This document shows positions 24,609 through 37,207 of a stretch of 64,000 nucleotides of DNA, one piece after another. The notes under the pieces are model-generated. The model saw only the letters and a program-made list of their open reading frames with translations, had not been told where the DNA came from and did no database searches. Position 1 is the stretch's first letter; the number at the start of each line of letters is the position of its first letter. This stretch comes from Octopus sinensis (Eukaryota). Location: the NCBI RefSeq assembly GCF_006345805.1, contig NC_043001.1:2294001-2358000 (forward strand), given 5' to 3'. A program made the position numbers and the translations under genes.

Positions 24609-26119
24609 GCTATGGTAAAGAAAAAACATAGTCTTTTGAGAAATGCTAGAGCATTAGACAAAATGCAGTAGTTGCTCAGGCTTTTTTACATTCTGAGTTC
24701 AAATCCCATCAAAGTCAGCCCTCTGGCGTTGATAAAATAAACTATCAGTCAAGTACCAAAGTCAGCTTAATTGTTTAATCTTATGTCTTCAAAGTTGCTG
24801 GATTTCTGCTTAAATTATGCTTTTAAAGCTCCACATTTAATTCCTCATCTCTCATTCTCTTTCTTGCTCTTTCTTTCTCTTTCTCTCTCTCTCTCTCTCA
24901 ACTTACACCAATGTACATGCAAAATCGTTTGTTACTCTCAGCTACTTGATCTGCTACTCAGACTGATATCATTCCAGGTATCATTTTCATCATAAAATGC
25001 AAAATCCCAAACCAAAATTGCTTCTGTCTTTATTGAGACACAGGATCTTTGCCCCATCACAACCACCCAACACATATTCATTCCCAATCTTCATCCATTT
25101 ACAGTTGACTGACTGAGGTGCCACCAGTTTTGTACCAATTCCACAGCAGTTCTGCTGCTTCTCTTGTGATCCTTCAGAAACCACCACAAGAAGGACAAAC
25201 TTAATTATCACTCATCCAACAAAACAAAAATTCACTGCTTCAAGTGTTCTAAACTGGTTCACCTGGAAATTCACTGTATTCTTTTAGAGGGGGGGGGGAG
25301 CAAGGCCAACAATGTCTGGAGAAATTCCTTTTCTCTCCAAACCCGGATGATGTTTACCCAGTAAAGTAACTTTCGTTTCTAAGACCCATTACAGAAGATG
25401 CTTTTGTGTAATCCCAAAAGATCTCTTCTTTCTTCCAAAACTGCAAAAGTCTTTCTGATTCTTTGCCAAAGAACCTCCACCAATTTCGTAGAATTCTCTT
25501 TTCCTCCATGTCTCAACAACTAAAGCATCACGTGAGCAGCTCTATTTTCCCCATCACTGAGGATCTTTCCATGGGAAAGCACATCTTTAATGCAGCCAAT
25601 ACCATATTCCAAAGACTTCTCCTCTTTTCCTGAATGTGGAGGAACTTCAATCACTTCCAGTTATTGACATTCTACACGGTTTCGATGAGGCCCACGAGGG
25701 AATGTTACTCTTACTTTTTGATGGTGTTTTTGCACCTCAGAGATATCCTAGAACATATTCACTTACAAACATGCTCCAAACTGACCCTGCCCCACATTCA
25801 TGTTGTGTCCTCCTTCTCTCTCTTCTACCTCTACTATAATAGTCATTGTTTCTTGAAGCTGGTTGGTATTGTGTCAGTTCTACTCAGGCATAGCAACTCG
25901 CTCCTCCTCCTCCCCCTCCTCTCATCCATGATGTGTCCAAGCCTGCATTAAATATTACACCCAGTCCTTCCACCCCAGTATGCCAAATCTTCTGGATCCT
26001 TCCTACTCGTGTCTTTCCTGCACTCTTTGACTTGCAGCCGTTTATGCAGAACCTTAATTGTGTCAACCTTACACCCATCAGAAAGGGCTGACAAATGCAA
26101 AGATCTCAGCCCTTTTCAT

Positions 26120-27080
26120 TGCAGGAAACACATTTTAATACCAGTAAGTGTAGTTATATTGGATCACCAAGATGGCAAGCAAAACCATTTTAAGATTCCA
26201 TAAGGATGATTAGATGCTACGGCAAGTTGGACATGTTCATTACAACAAATCCAAATTGGAAAGTGATTGTGAATTATTCTAGAAGAAAAGTTCAACTATC
26301 AACCAAATATTATTGTAAGATTGATTCTTCAAAAGCTGGAATAATTCCTTCTTCATTTGCTTCAAAAGGATTATCTAAGGAAAGTAATCACTTCTACATG
26401 TATAAAAGAGGAGCAGAAAAGAGGATCGCTACGTACTTAGAATCTTTTAATCTCAGAAGAGAAACCTAAAGAATTATCTTATAATGATTGATTTATTTGC
26501 ACTAAGATTCCCGATGCGGAACAAAATCCATTGTTGTTTGATCCAGTTAAAAATAACCTGATCCATGAGTCTTATGAATATGTTAATCTCATTAATCTGT
26601 GTATATCTGGTGAAGAAACAAATTGTAAACAATTCTCATATCAAAATGTCATGACTGAAAATTCCCACCCAACTTACAAATGCTGAGCTGAAGAATACGG
26701 TTGAAGATCCGGCATTCTGCAAAAAAAAGATGAGTTTCAAGGAGAAAATGTTAAAACCATTCCACACCAAATGACCCAGTATTTAGTATGAAGCATGAGA
26801 CAGTAATCTTGTGGTCAAGGCGGCCACAGTGGTTGGACAGTGAGATGATGGATCAAATCCATGGCAGAAACTAGATCAGATTTAGATATTTGACAATGCT
26901 TGGTATATCAATACATTTGACATTTAGTAGGGGTTGGGGTCTTATTGGTGAGTTTGCCATATGAAAGGGATGCCCTCCAGTTCAAAAGTTTCTACTATAT
27001 CTAAACAACGGAGAATTTGCTCTTTTTAAGCTTAATGAAGCAAATAACACATCCAGCCATGGTTTATAAATCATGAAATC
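26120..27080 (+). pseudogene. Helitron Rep (HUH) domain relic
   Basis: GSPRW (26161), RCYGKLDMFITTNPNWK, PNIIVRLILQKL, EQKRG (26411), ICTKIPDAEQNPLLFDPVKNNLIH, GEFAI*KGCPPVQKFLLYLNNGE, PWFINH, all in the expected Helitron order. Confidence 0.85.
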
Positions 27081-27089
27081 AAGGTTTAT

Positions 27090-27385
27090 TCTTTGAAGTT
27101 AATGTGATTGTTGCAAGAGTGAATAAGAATATGTATTACACAGATATCTTCTGGCATCACAGATGGTCCAGTAAGTTTGGTGGGGAGAAGATTCAAAGCA
27201 ATTGAAAGAAACAGATTTAGAGATGCACTAATGGCAGTTGAATTCCTGATATTAATTTGAATCCATGCCAGGCCCATCCCTACTAAACAAGAAAGCTCCT
27301 GTCCCTTAAACTGCTGTGCGTTAAACTACTTTAATATAAACCAGCACCAATGAGATACGTTGTAAAATACCTTAAATGAAGATGC
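27090..27385 (+). pseudogene. Helitron Pif1-like helicase, C-terminal part, relic
   Basis: DALMAVEFL (cf. YPxEFLNSL), LNPC.AHP (cf. LNPSGMPPH), RYVVKYLK*RCIQ (cf. NGTRLxVxxLxxxxI). Confidence 0.5.
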
Positions 27386-27449
27386 ATCCAGACAAAGTAG
27401 AAGGGCTGACAAAGTTCCTAATGTTCTATGGAATGAAGACAGGGAGCTA

Positions 27450-27660
27450 CCAGAATCGTTAGAATGCTGGGCAAATGCTTAGTGACATTTTGTCTGTCTT
27501 CACATTCTGAGTTCAAATTCTACTGAGGCCAACTTTGCCTTTCATTCCTTCTGGGGTCAATGAAATAAGTACCAGTTGATTACTGGGGCTGATGTAATTG
27601 ACTTACGACCCCCATCTCCTGAAATTACTGGGTTTGTGCCCAAATTTGGAGCCAATGTTT
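27450..27660 (+). mobile_element. SINE family B
   Basis: GAGCTACCAGAATCGTTAG head, TTCTGAGTTCAAATTC B box, family-B tail. Confidence 0.8.
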
Positions 27661-28299
27661 TATGGAATGACAGAATATAAGGAGTGAAATGGCTTCGCTT
27701 TTGAAACAGATTTTTATCTTACTTGTTCCGTACTTTGCAAACTTAATCCCTTATCTATCAAAATAACTGTCATCTATTTTCCAAAAGGCTTACAAAATGA
27801 TGGGAGTGCTTAAAAGTGACAATGGACTTAATAATGTTATTGTAGAACTGCTTGTGGATCTGTTGGGAGTGTGGTTGTCATGGTGATAGTCATGAGAGCT
27901 ACTGTTGTTGCTGGTAAATAAAAGTATATTTCTCAGGCTGTGTGAAGAAATAACTAACAACACCTGAAAACAATAAATTTTATTAGTAGGCATTGTGTTT
28001 TCTGTGTTGGCTTTGTACAAATACTAACATCAGCCTATTATACACCAGGAGAGACATATGGCTTGGGATATACAAGTTAACTGATACAGTAATCTGTGGC
28101 TGACCCATCACTACTGGAAAATAACTGCTCTGTATTCATGGCAACAAAAATTCCTGTCTACTCTCTGCCATCTGTTTTAACCAGATGGATGTGGAATGAG
28201 AATTGAGACAGAAGATGTGGCTGCATCAACATTCAATTATTACCACCAAAAAGCTGCTTTTTATAGAGTACACGGAAAAAATTCTAGAAAATTGAATTA

Positions 28300-29260
28300 C
28301 ACAATGACTTGATGCTGACAGGTTCTTTAATAGACTGATCAAGTGAGACTACTGTGGTTTGATCGTGATGTTTGCTAGGGTACCTAGCGATTCGGTTTCA
28401 AATCACTGCTACAAGTCTTCTGGAAAGGGATTCCATCAGTGCATAAATGCTGAAATAGATAACTGTGTCTTATGTGAATTCTCTGACTACAGATGCACCA
28501 AAATATTTTTGAAAATGTCACATCAACCATGGACCGTTCATCTGACTCAATACTCTGGAAAGAAGCAACATAAGCTCATTGATATCAATATTTGCCAGAG
28601 CAAAATAAAAAATACAAGGTCACTTCATATGACAGCAACATCAGGAAATGCTGGAATACATCCAAGTTATGATGAAACAGTATATTCTTGATCTAAAGTG
28701 GCTTTAAAGATTAGTGGACACACAAATTGCAATATGTCACCAACAGGTGTAATTAGTTAAGTAATTAACTGAACAAATTTGTCATAGATGAAGAGACTAT
28801 GGTTAACAGGAAGATATCAGAAGCAATTAACTATATATTCGTGATAATTGCAAAAATGACAGACCTGTAGGTAGAATTATAATGGTGTTTTCTAATGACT
28901 GGCACCAAATTCTTCCAGTTGCATGACATGGATTTCATGCAGAAATTATTAATGAGTAATTCAAGATTTCTTCACTTTGGGAAGAACTTCAAATCTTGAT
29001 TCATTAGAAATATGTGCATTCAAATGGTAGAGGGCAACAGTGGAAAAATAATTTGTGGAAATTCTGCTTAGAATTTGTGAAGGTAAAAAGCCTTTGAGGC
29101 AAGTTCAGTCAAAGATAAAAATTCCTTGCAATTCAATGTCTAATTAACAATGGCATCATGGAAATTAATTATGTTGTAATGAATTCCTTTTTGGTTCAAA
29201 ATCAAAGAATATTTAAACAAAGACACAACTGTCAATAACATTAAATGACATCTTTATTCA
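28300..29260 (+). pseudogene. Helitron Pif1-like helicase, N-terminal and central part, relic
   Basis: ATSGNAG (28635, cf. ASSGIAA), TNCNM, FVIDEETM (28778, cf. IWDEAPM), NDWHQILPV (28894, cf. GDFRQILPV), SSLW, FVEILLRICEG. Confidence 0.85.
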
Positions 29261-29653
29261 GAATGTCTCACTTGTGTTCAAAGGTTCAATATAACATCTC
29301 AAAGACAGTTCACCCATTGTACTTCTTGGAAATTTTCATGCTAATAATGGTGATTATAATGGAAATAAGATATATTATAGAAACCCTCGACAACACAGTT
29401 ATGTATCTTTTATTTGAGACAGTCATTAAACTGTGGCCATGCTGGGGCAGTGCCTTGAAGGATTTTAGTCAAACAAATCAACCTTGTCACTTATTCTTCT
29501 TATAAGCCTGGTAGCCATTCTATCGGTCACCTTTGTTGAAATGCTAAGTCACAAGGACATAAACATACCCACATTAGTTGTCAAGCAGTGGGGAGGGAAA
29601 CACACACTCAGAAACACACATGCACACAAACACATGTATATGCACATGACTGC

Positions 29654-30221
29654 GTTTTAGTTAAAGCTATGGCTTTAATGATTCTGTCCAGAGTTGCCTC
29701 TCATTGGTATTTCCTATTGATAACGGCTAATGAGCTAGAAATGCAGTGTCTGGGAATCCAGCAGGGATCAGCACTAGACAGTTATGATATTTTTACCATA
29801 AGAGAGATTTTTTCTCCCCAGGAATCTCATCAAATTTGCCTTTAGAAGTCAGAAACATATTTTAACTAACCTAAAGTTCACTTAAGCCTAAACACTGATT
29901 ACTGATAATACTGCTGTAATTTCTGCTGACTTGGTGGTCTCATGGCATAACTCAGCCAGTGTTGTTGACCATGTTTTAGTTAAAGCTATGGCTTTAACAA
30001 GTCTGTCCAAAGTTGCCTCTCTTTGGCATTTCCTATTGATAACGGCTAAAGAGTTAGAAATGCAGTGTCTGGGAATCTGACAGAAGGCAGCAGTGGACAG
30101 ATATGGTGTTTTTATATCTTTTTACCATAAGAGGGAATTTTTCTCCTTGGTAACTGCAGAGAATTTGCCTTTCAAATTTGAAATATATCGCAAACGTATT
30201 TCAACAAATTTAAAGTTCACA
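29654..30221 (+). repeat. Diverged tandem duplication, period 319 bp
   Basis: GTTTTAGTTAAAGCTATGGCTTTAA at 29654 and 29973; about 230 bp alignable. Confidence 0.9.
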
Positions 30222-30639
30222 CAGAGATAAATATGATGGGCTTCTTTCAGTTTCTGTCTACCAAATCCTCTCACAAGGCTTTACTTGACCCAAGGCAATA
30301 TCAGAAGATACTTGGCCAATGTGCTATGCAGTGGGACAGAACCTGGAACCGTGTGGCTGGAAAGCAAACCTAAGAGCTATGCCTGTACTGATGCTGTTAT
30401 TTCTCAAGCAGCCATAAAAATAAAGGTCCTTGTATCCAAAGACTAAACACACCACCAAGTAATCTTGCAGTTTTACACACTTGTTCTTCTTTGAAGATGT
30501 TATGGTATGACATGAGCAGGATTTCACTGTTGTTTCTATCAAGTCAAACAATCGCATAGGGTATAAATGAAGAACTTTTTAGCATCAGACATAAGGGAGT
30601 GCAGCTATTCTGAGAACAATAACAACTCATTTATTTTAT

Positions 30640-30764
30640 AGTTCTATATTTAAGAGATGAGGAATTATTTACATTATTTACATTTAACGGATATTTGTCC
30701 TCATCTTGTTTATTGTTAACACAACGTTTCGGCTGATATACTCTCCAGCCTTCATCAGGTGTCT
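30640..30764 (-). mobile_element. Hammerhead-bearing repeat unit, copy 3 (inverted, 5'-truncated just before stem I)
   Basis: Reverse complement of the 30994-31092 segment and of the 3' part of copy 1. Confidence 0.9.
30718..30763 (-). ncRNA. Minimal type-I hammerhead ribozyme motif, core intact
   Basis: Minus strand GACAC-CUGAUGA-A-GGCUG[GAGAGUAUAU]CAGCC-GAA-ACGU-U-GUGUU. Conserved CUGANGA and GAAA; 5-bp stem I; 5-bp stem II; palindromic ACGU in place of stem III; GUU cleavage triplet. Confidence 0.8.
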
Positions 30765-30943
<179 letters not shown>

Positions 30944-31092
30944 AACGTCGAAAAATACCTTAGGAATGAGAACCCAGGTTTGAAATTTCCCCAAGATACC
31001 TGATGAAGGCTGGAGGGTATATCAGCCGAAACATTGTGTTAACAACAAAGAAGATGAGGACAAATATCCGTTAAATGTAAATAATGTAAATA
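30944..31092 (+). mobile_element. Hammerhead-bearing repeat unit, copy 4
   Basis: AACGTCGAAAAATACCTTAGGAATGAG...GATAC-CTGATGA-AGGCTG...CAGCC-GAA-ACAT-T-GTGTT (motif at 30995-31040). Confidence 0.85.
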
Positions 31093-32062
31093 AAGTCATT
31101 TATTTTATGTCTTTATAGCTCTATAATGCATGGTCTGAGGGGCTAAGCTTAATCTTTCCAAATGGTCTCATGAGGTATTACGAATAAACAACTTCTATTT
31201 GAATGTGAGCTAAGTTTTGTTCAGAAGTTAGCAAGTTCAGTATTAAAATAAAGTTAAAATTTTAACTCTTATTTAAATTTTAAAATTAATTTTAATCCTA
31301 ATTGTGAACATGAAGAACTTCTACCACAGAACATGAAAGTGGGAAATAATTGATTGGAATAGGTGAGGCTTATGTAACCAAAAGGAAACTGGTTGGAACA
31401 AGATGTTGTGACAATGTGTCTGAGAGAAAATTTGTAAATCAAATGAGAACCAACATAGTAGAATTGTTCATTTTCAGGCTGTTGAATGTCTGAGGAATTG
31501 TTGGCTGGAAGCCATGCTGCTAACAGCTATCCCTGGTTCTGTAATGAAATATTGAGAGAATTTCGATCATTTATTGGAAAAAACAAACAAGTAAACATTT
31601 GTTCTGTTGAAGGGTGTTGATAGATGTGATGTAACTTCAGTTTACAAATGAGAAGAGACAAAAATTAGACTAATTAGATGAGAAAAACCGATGAAAATAC
31701 AAAAAGAAATTATTAAAAAAGAAAACAATTATTATTTGTGAATAAACTGGTACAAATTATCTAAGTATTATGCTGATAGGGGAAAATATTTATTGATGAA
31801 GATAATGGTTGTAATGATGAAGATAATGATGATGAGAAGGTGGGGGAAGAGGAGGGGGATGACGGTGGTAGTGATATTTTCTTTATTAGCCACAAAGTTT
31901 TGGAAGAGATAGAAAATGTAGAAAACTTTCAAGAGGTTACAAAATAAAAAAAAATGTTTACAAATTGCAAAGGAAGGGGGTGGGGGTTTAAAAGGTGGTA
32001 AATAATATATGGAATGATGTATTGCGAATTTAAAGGTGCGCACGTGCACATATGCATATTTA

Positions 32063-32350
32063 TACACACATATGTGGAGGCATGTGGTTTAGGGGTCAGG
32101 GTGTTGGACACACAATTGTGCTTTTGATTGCTGGACCAGGCAATTCATTGTTTTCTTGAACAAAACACTTCATTTCACGTTGCCCCAGTCCACTCAGCTG
32201 GCAAACATGAACACCACAAGTGGAGGTGCATTGCTCAGTGGTTAGGGTATTGGATTTACGATTGTGGTTTCGATCCCGGACTGGGTGATCCATTGTGTTC
32301 TTGAGCAAAACCATTTCATGTTGTTCTACTCAGCTGTAGAAATGAGTTTA
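32063..32350 (+). mobile_element. Two tandem CORE-like SINE heads
   Basis: Two TGTGGAGG...GTGGTT(T)AG tRNA-like heads, each followed by TTCTTGA(A/G)CAAAAC...TTTCA(C/T)GTTG...ACTCAGCTG; related to 38040-38385 in reverse. Confidence 0.65.
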
Positions 32351-32983
32351 GCCGGGAGAGGCTCTGCCAGGCTTCCTCACCCAAGATGCACTGCATAGCA
32401 GCAGTGCCCCATTGACCCCAATTGGTAAAATAAACCTAAATTAAAATTGTTCTCATGAATGGTATATGGTACAAATCCTGTTCATTTTATTAAAGGAATG
32501 CATTCATTGGTAAGGTGGTAGTGCCATTAAACCATCAGAAAGAATACCATTAGTCATTTCTTTTTCTTCTTTTTTACATTCTGCCTTGGAATGCCATTGA
32601 GTTCAACTTAGTCTTACCTCCTCTAATAAAGTACCAATCGAGTACAACGGTTGATGGTACCAACTAAACTGCTCTCCACAATTTCAGGTTTTGTGTCTAT
32701 GCTAGAGACAATAACAATAAAGATAATAAAACTAATAATATGAAAAACAACAACAACAATAATAATCGCTTCACATTTTGACTGAAGGCCGACAATTTTA
32801 GAGAGGGACAGATGATTACATTGATCACAGTCTTTAATTGGTACTTTATTTTATACCCTGAAAGGACAAAGGTCAAAGTTGACCTTGGTGAGATTTGAAC
32901 TCAGAACATAGAAGCAGACAAAGAAATGATACTAAGTATTTTGTCTGATGTGCTAACAATTCTGCCAGTTCATTAGCACCATG

Positions 32984-33047
<64 letters not shown>

Positions 33048-33684
33048 CGACGATGATGATGGTGAGGAGGAGGAGGAGAGGATAATAATAGTAACAATGC
33101 CCTGATGCAGTACCAGGCAGCAGCTCTCATGGCTTCTGATCTTAACTGATTGGAAGTGTTATCATGTACATTGTTTTGTCTTGGTATAAAAGATGGGCTA
33201 CAGCAAATATTCTGCTCAATACCACAGATTTGCTTGTCAGTTGTTTGACCTTAACCAGTTGAGCATGTCCCTTGGTGGCTGACGATATGTGCATCTCTGA
33301 TCACAAGCAGAAGTAATGGGGGAGCACCATAGCCATGTGTTGGGAGGAAATCTTTGGAGTTTAGATAATTTATCTCTGAAAACATGAGTGTTTCATTCAA
33401 CATCCTTAAACAACCCTTATTCAGGGACCATTTTAGTGGGATAGGCTACTCGACCAGAAGAAAATTCTAACTGGGCCCCACCTGCAAGGTCATGTGCTGT
33501 TTATCTTGATATGAAATAACTTTGTCATGCACATATGGTTGTGATGCATGTGCCTGGTGTACCCTTATTAGACAGGTAGTCATGATGGGTATGCTGGGCT
33601 TTGTATATTTTACTCCAGTGTCACTTTGATGGCATGCACTGCTCTCTCACCCAATGATAATAATAATGATAATCTTTTCCGTTA

Positions 33685-34140
33685 TAGGCACAAAGCCTGA
33701 AATTAGGGTGGTGGTGGTGGTGGTGGGGTAGACGACAGTCGATTATATTGACCCCAGTGCTTGACTGGTATTAATTTCATCAACCCCAAGGTGGCGACCT
33801 GGCAGAAACGTTAGCACGCCAGGCGAAATGCTTAGCGGTATTTCGTCTGCGTTACGTTGTGAGTTCAAATTCCCACGAGGTCGACTTTGCCTTTCATCCT
33901 TTCAGGGTTGATAAATTAAGTACCAGTTAGGCACTGGGGTCGATGTAATCGACTTAATCCCTTTGTTTGTCCCCTCTTTGTTTATCCCCTTGTGGGTAAT
34001 AAAGAAATAGGTATTAATTTTATCAACCCCAAAATGATGAAAGGCAAAGATGAACTCATCAGAATTTGAACTCAGAACATAAAGATATCCCTAAGCATTT
34101 TGTCTTGTGTGTCAATGATTCTTCCAGCTTGCCACCTTAA
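33685..34140 (-). mobile_element. Older SINE family B copy interrupted by a younger one
   Basis: Tail at 33685-33789 and body plus head at 34010-34140 are colinear when joined. Confidence 0.85.
33790..34009 (+). mobile_element. Young SINE family B copy with 23-bp target-site duplication
   Basis: GGTATTAATTT(C/T)ATCAACCCCAA at 33767-33789 and 34010-34032; many CpGs retained. Confidence 0.9.
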
Positions 34141-34180
34141 TAATAACAATAATAACAATAATAATAATAACAATAATAAC

Positions 34181-34212
<32 letters not shown>

Positions 34213-35320
34213 TAATATGAAGGGAACAGTATTTTATCAGATGGGGAGCAAAAAAAGTGACGAAACAAATTAATTACATTTTGTACATCGTCACCCATAA
34301 ATCAATGTTGACAGCAGCCATGTTGGCAGATATATAAGTGGGGAGGACAAAGTTTAATTGGTGTCAAATATTGCATAGGAAATGAGAAACAAAAAAGAAA
34401 AAAAATATATATATATATAAGAGAGAAAATCCTCAGAAAAAAAGTAAAATAGGAGGACAGTGTTGTGTGATGTAATAAATGTAAAAGAAATCAATTAAAT
34501 GACTGTGTGGTGGTGGTGGTGGTGGTGGAGAGTGTTGGAAATAAATGCAGCTAAACAAGAATGGATGTAGAAGAGAATTGTTGATTGGAAAGAAATGGTA
34601 ATAATGTATTGCCAAATAATTCTAAGTAAGAATAAAAAAAAGAAGAAGGAAATGAAATGAAGCAAAGAAATTAGGTGAGGCTATTTACAGTCAAAAGTAA
34701 ATAAATAGAAAAGGCTGTTTTCTATTGAACAACATGGGCAGAGGATTAAAACTATTAAACTAAGACGTCTCTAAGTCGCTTTTCTACCTTTTTTTTCTTT
34801 GTTCATATTGTCCACTATGTACTTAAGAATTGCCAGCAGCCAATTTGGTTAGATTTTTCTAATTTGTATTTGGGTAAGGCTGATGCCCTCTAGCGGAAAG
34901 TATTCAATTCTCAGAAAGTTTAGTGCCTCAAACTGAAAAATAAGGAATCTAAAAGTTTTCCATTTCTCTCTATGAAAAAAAGAGAACAAGGGAGTTTACC
35001 ATATTTGATGAAGGGTTACACTGTATTTAACAAAGGTGTATCCTGTATTTGACAAATGTTTCACCATGGGGCAAAGTTCAGTTTATATCTTGGTTTACTG
35101 CACAGATCCTTTATGCAACTGCTAGCCTGTCATAAACCAATGCAGAAACATTTATTTGGTTATCCACTCTGCAAGAAATAGCAACTAAATCTCCTTCAGT
35201 CACACACACTATTATATTAGATAAAAAGTTATAACTTTATTTAATGTCATATTATATAACATTAATTAACTCAATTAATAGCAACAACTATCGTTTAGTA
35301 TTTTGAAATTGATGGAAGCA

Positions 35321-36696
35321 GCAATCTGTCAGAAATCATGCAATGTGGCAGAAATCATGTAATCTGCCAGAAATCATGCAATGTGGTAGAAATCATGCAA
35401 TCTGGCAGAAATCATGCAATTTGGCAGAAATCATGCAATCTGTCAGAAATCATGCAATCTGGCAGAAATCATGCAATTTGGCAGGAATCATGCAATCTGG
35501 CAGGAATCATGCAATCTGCCAGAAATCATGCAATTTGGCAGAAATCATGCAATTTGGCAGGAATCATGAAATCTGGCAGAAATCATGCAATCTGGCAGAA
35601 ATCATGCAATGTGGCAGAAATCATGCAATCTGTCAGAAATCATGCAATTTGGCAGGAATCATGCAATTTGGCAGGAATCATGCAATCTGGCAGGAATCAT
35701 GCAATCTGCCAGAAATCATGCAATTTGGCAGGAATCATGCAATTTGGCAGGAATCATGCAATCTGGCAGGAATCATGCAATCTGGCAGGAATCATGCAAT
35801 TTGGCAGAAATCATGCAATTTGGCAGGAATCATGCAATCTGGCAGGAATCATGCAATCTGGCAGGAATCATGCAATCTGGCAGGAATCATGCAATCTGGC
35901 AGAAATCATGCAATCTGGCAGGAATCATGCAATCTGGCAGGAATCATGCAATCTGGCAGGAATCATGCAATTTGGCAGGAATCATGCAATTTGGCAGGAA
36001 TCATGCAATCTGGCAGGAATCATGCAATCTGGCAGGAATCATGCAATTTGGCAGAAATCATGCAATTTGGCAGGAATCATGCAATCTGGCAGGAATCATG
36101 CAATCTGGCAGGAATCATGCAATCTGGCAGGAATCATGCAATCTGGCAGAAATCATGCAATTTGGCAGGAATCATGCAATCTGGCAGGAATCATGCAATC
36201 TGGCAGGAATCATGCAATCTGGCAGGAATCATGCAATTTGGCAGGAATCATGCAATCTGGCAGGAATCATGCAATCTGGCAGGAATCATGCAATCTGCCA
36301 GAAATCATGCAATTTGGCAGGAATCATGCAATTTGGCAGGAATCATGCAATCTGCCAGAAATCATGCAATTTGGCAGGAATCATGCAATCTGGCAGGAAT
36401 CATGCAATCTGGCAGGAATCATGCAATTTGGCAGGAATCATGCAATCTGGCAGGAATCATGCAATCTGGCAGGAATCATGCAATCTGGCAGGAATCATGC
36501 AATCTGGCAGGAATCATGCAATTTGGCAGAAATCATGCAATTTGGCAGGAATCATGCAATCTGGCAGGAATCATGCAATCTGGCAGGAATCATGCAATCT
36601 GGCAGGAATCATGCAATCTGGCAGGAATCATGCAATTTGCAGGAATCATGCAATCTGGCAGGAATCATGCAATTGGCAGGAATCATGCAATCTGCC
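35321..36696 (+). repeat. 19-bp minisatellite, about 72 units, consensus CTGGCAGGAATCATGCAAT
   Basis: Direct head-to-tail units with variants (TCT/TTT, GGCAGGA/GGCAGAA/GCCAGAA); no spacers. Confidence 0.98.
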
Positions 36697-36880
36697 AAAA
36701 ATTATTGGCAAAATGCCTGGCAGCATTTCATCTGTAATTATGTTTTGTGTTCAAATTCCATTGAGGTCAACTTTGCCTTCTTGGGATTATAAAATGAGTA
36801 CCAGTTGCATACTGGGGTCAATGTAATTGACTTAGTATCTCCCTTGAAATTGCTGATCCTGTGCCAAAGTCTGAAACCGA
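36690..36880 (+). mobile_element. SINE family B body continuing from the minisatellite
   Basis: AAATGCCTGGCAGCATTTCATCTG...GTTCAAATTCCATTGAGGTCAACTTTGCCTT...GGGGTCAATGTAATTGAC. Confidence 0.8.
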
Positions 36881-37166
36881 TGTTTTGAAATTGAATGTTT
36901 ACCAAATTCTAAGGAAGAAAAAGTCTACAGACATTCCCTTTGTGAATATTCTTTGCTAATAAATGAGGATGTGGCTGTGTCGTTAAGAAGCTTGTTTCCC
37001 AATCATGTGCTTGTGTGTTCCGTCCCACTACACAGCACTTTGGACTAGTGTCTTCTGCTATAGCCCCAGGCTGACCAAGGCCTCGTGAGTGGATCTCCTA
37101 GTTGGAAATTAAAAGAAGACCTTCTCTCTTGAGAGTTTCTTTCTACGACACACACACACACACACA

Positions 37167-37207
<41 letters not shown>

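Noticed and set aside
24960-25200. Tc1 transposase fragment or WD40-like exon on the minus strand
   Set aside because: Only loose resemblance (RTAVELVQNW...STV) with no catalytic motif or TIR; cannot choose between the readings.
35321-36696. CRISPR array
   Set aside because: Units are head-to-tail with no unique spacers, there are no cas genes, and the context is eukaryotic.
35338-36826. Three long ORFs (413-484 aa) as a repeat-protein gene
   Set aside because: All three frames give the same 19-aa period from a stop-free 19-bp unit; no flanking gene structure.
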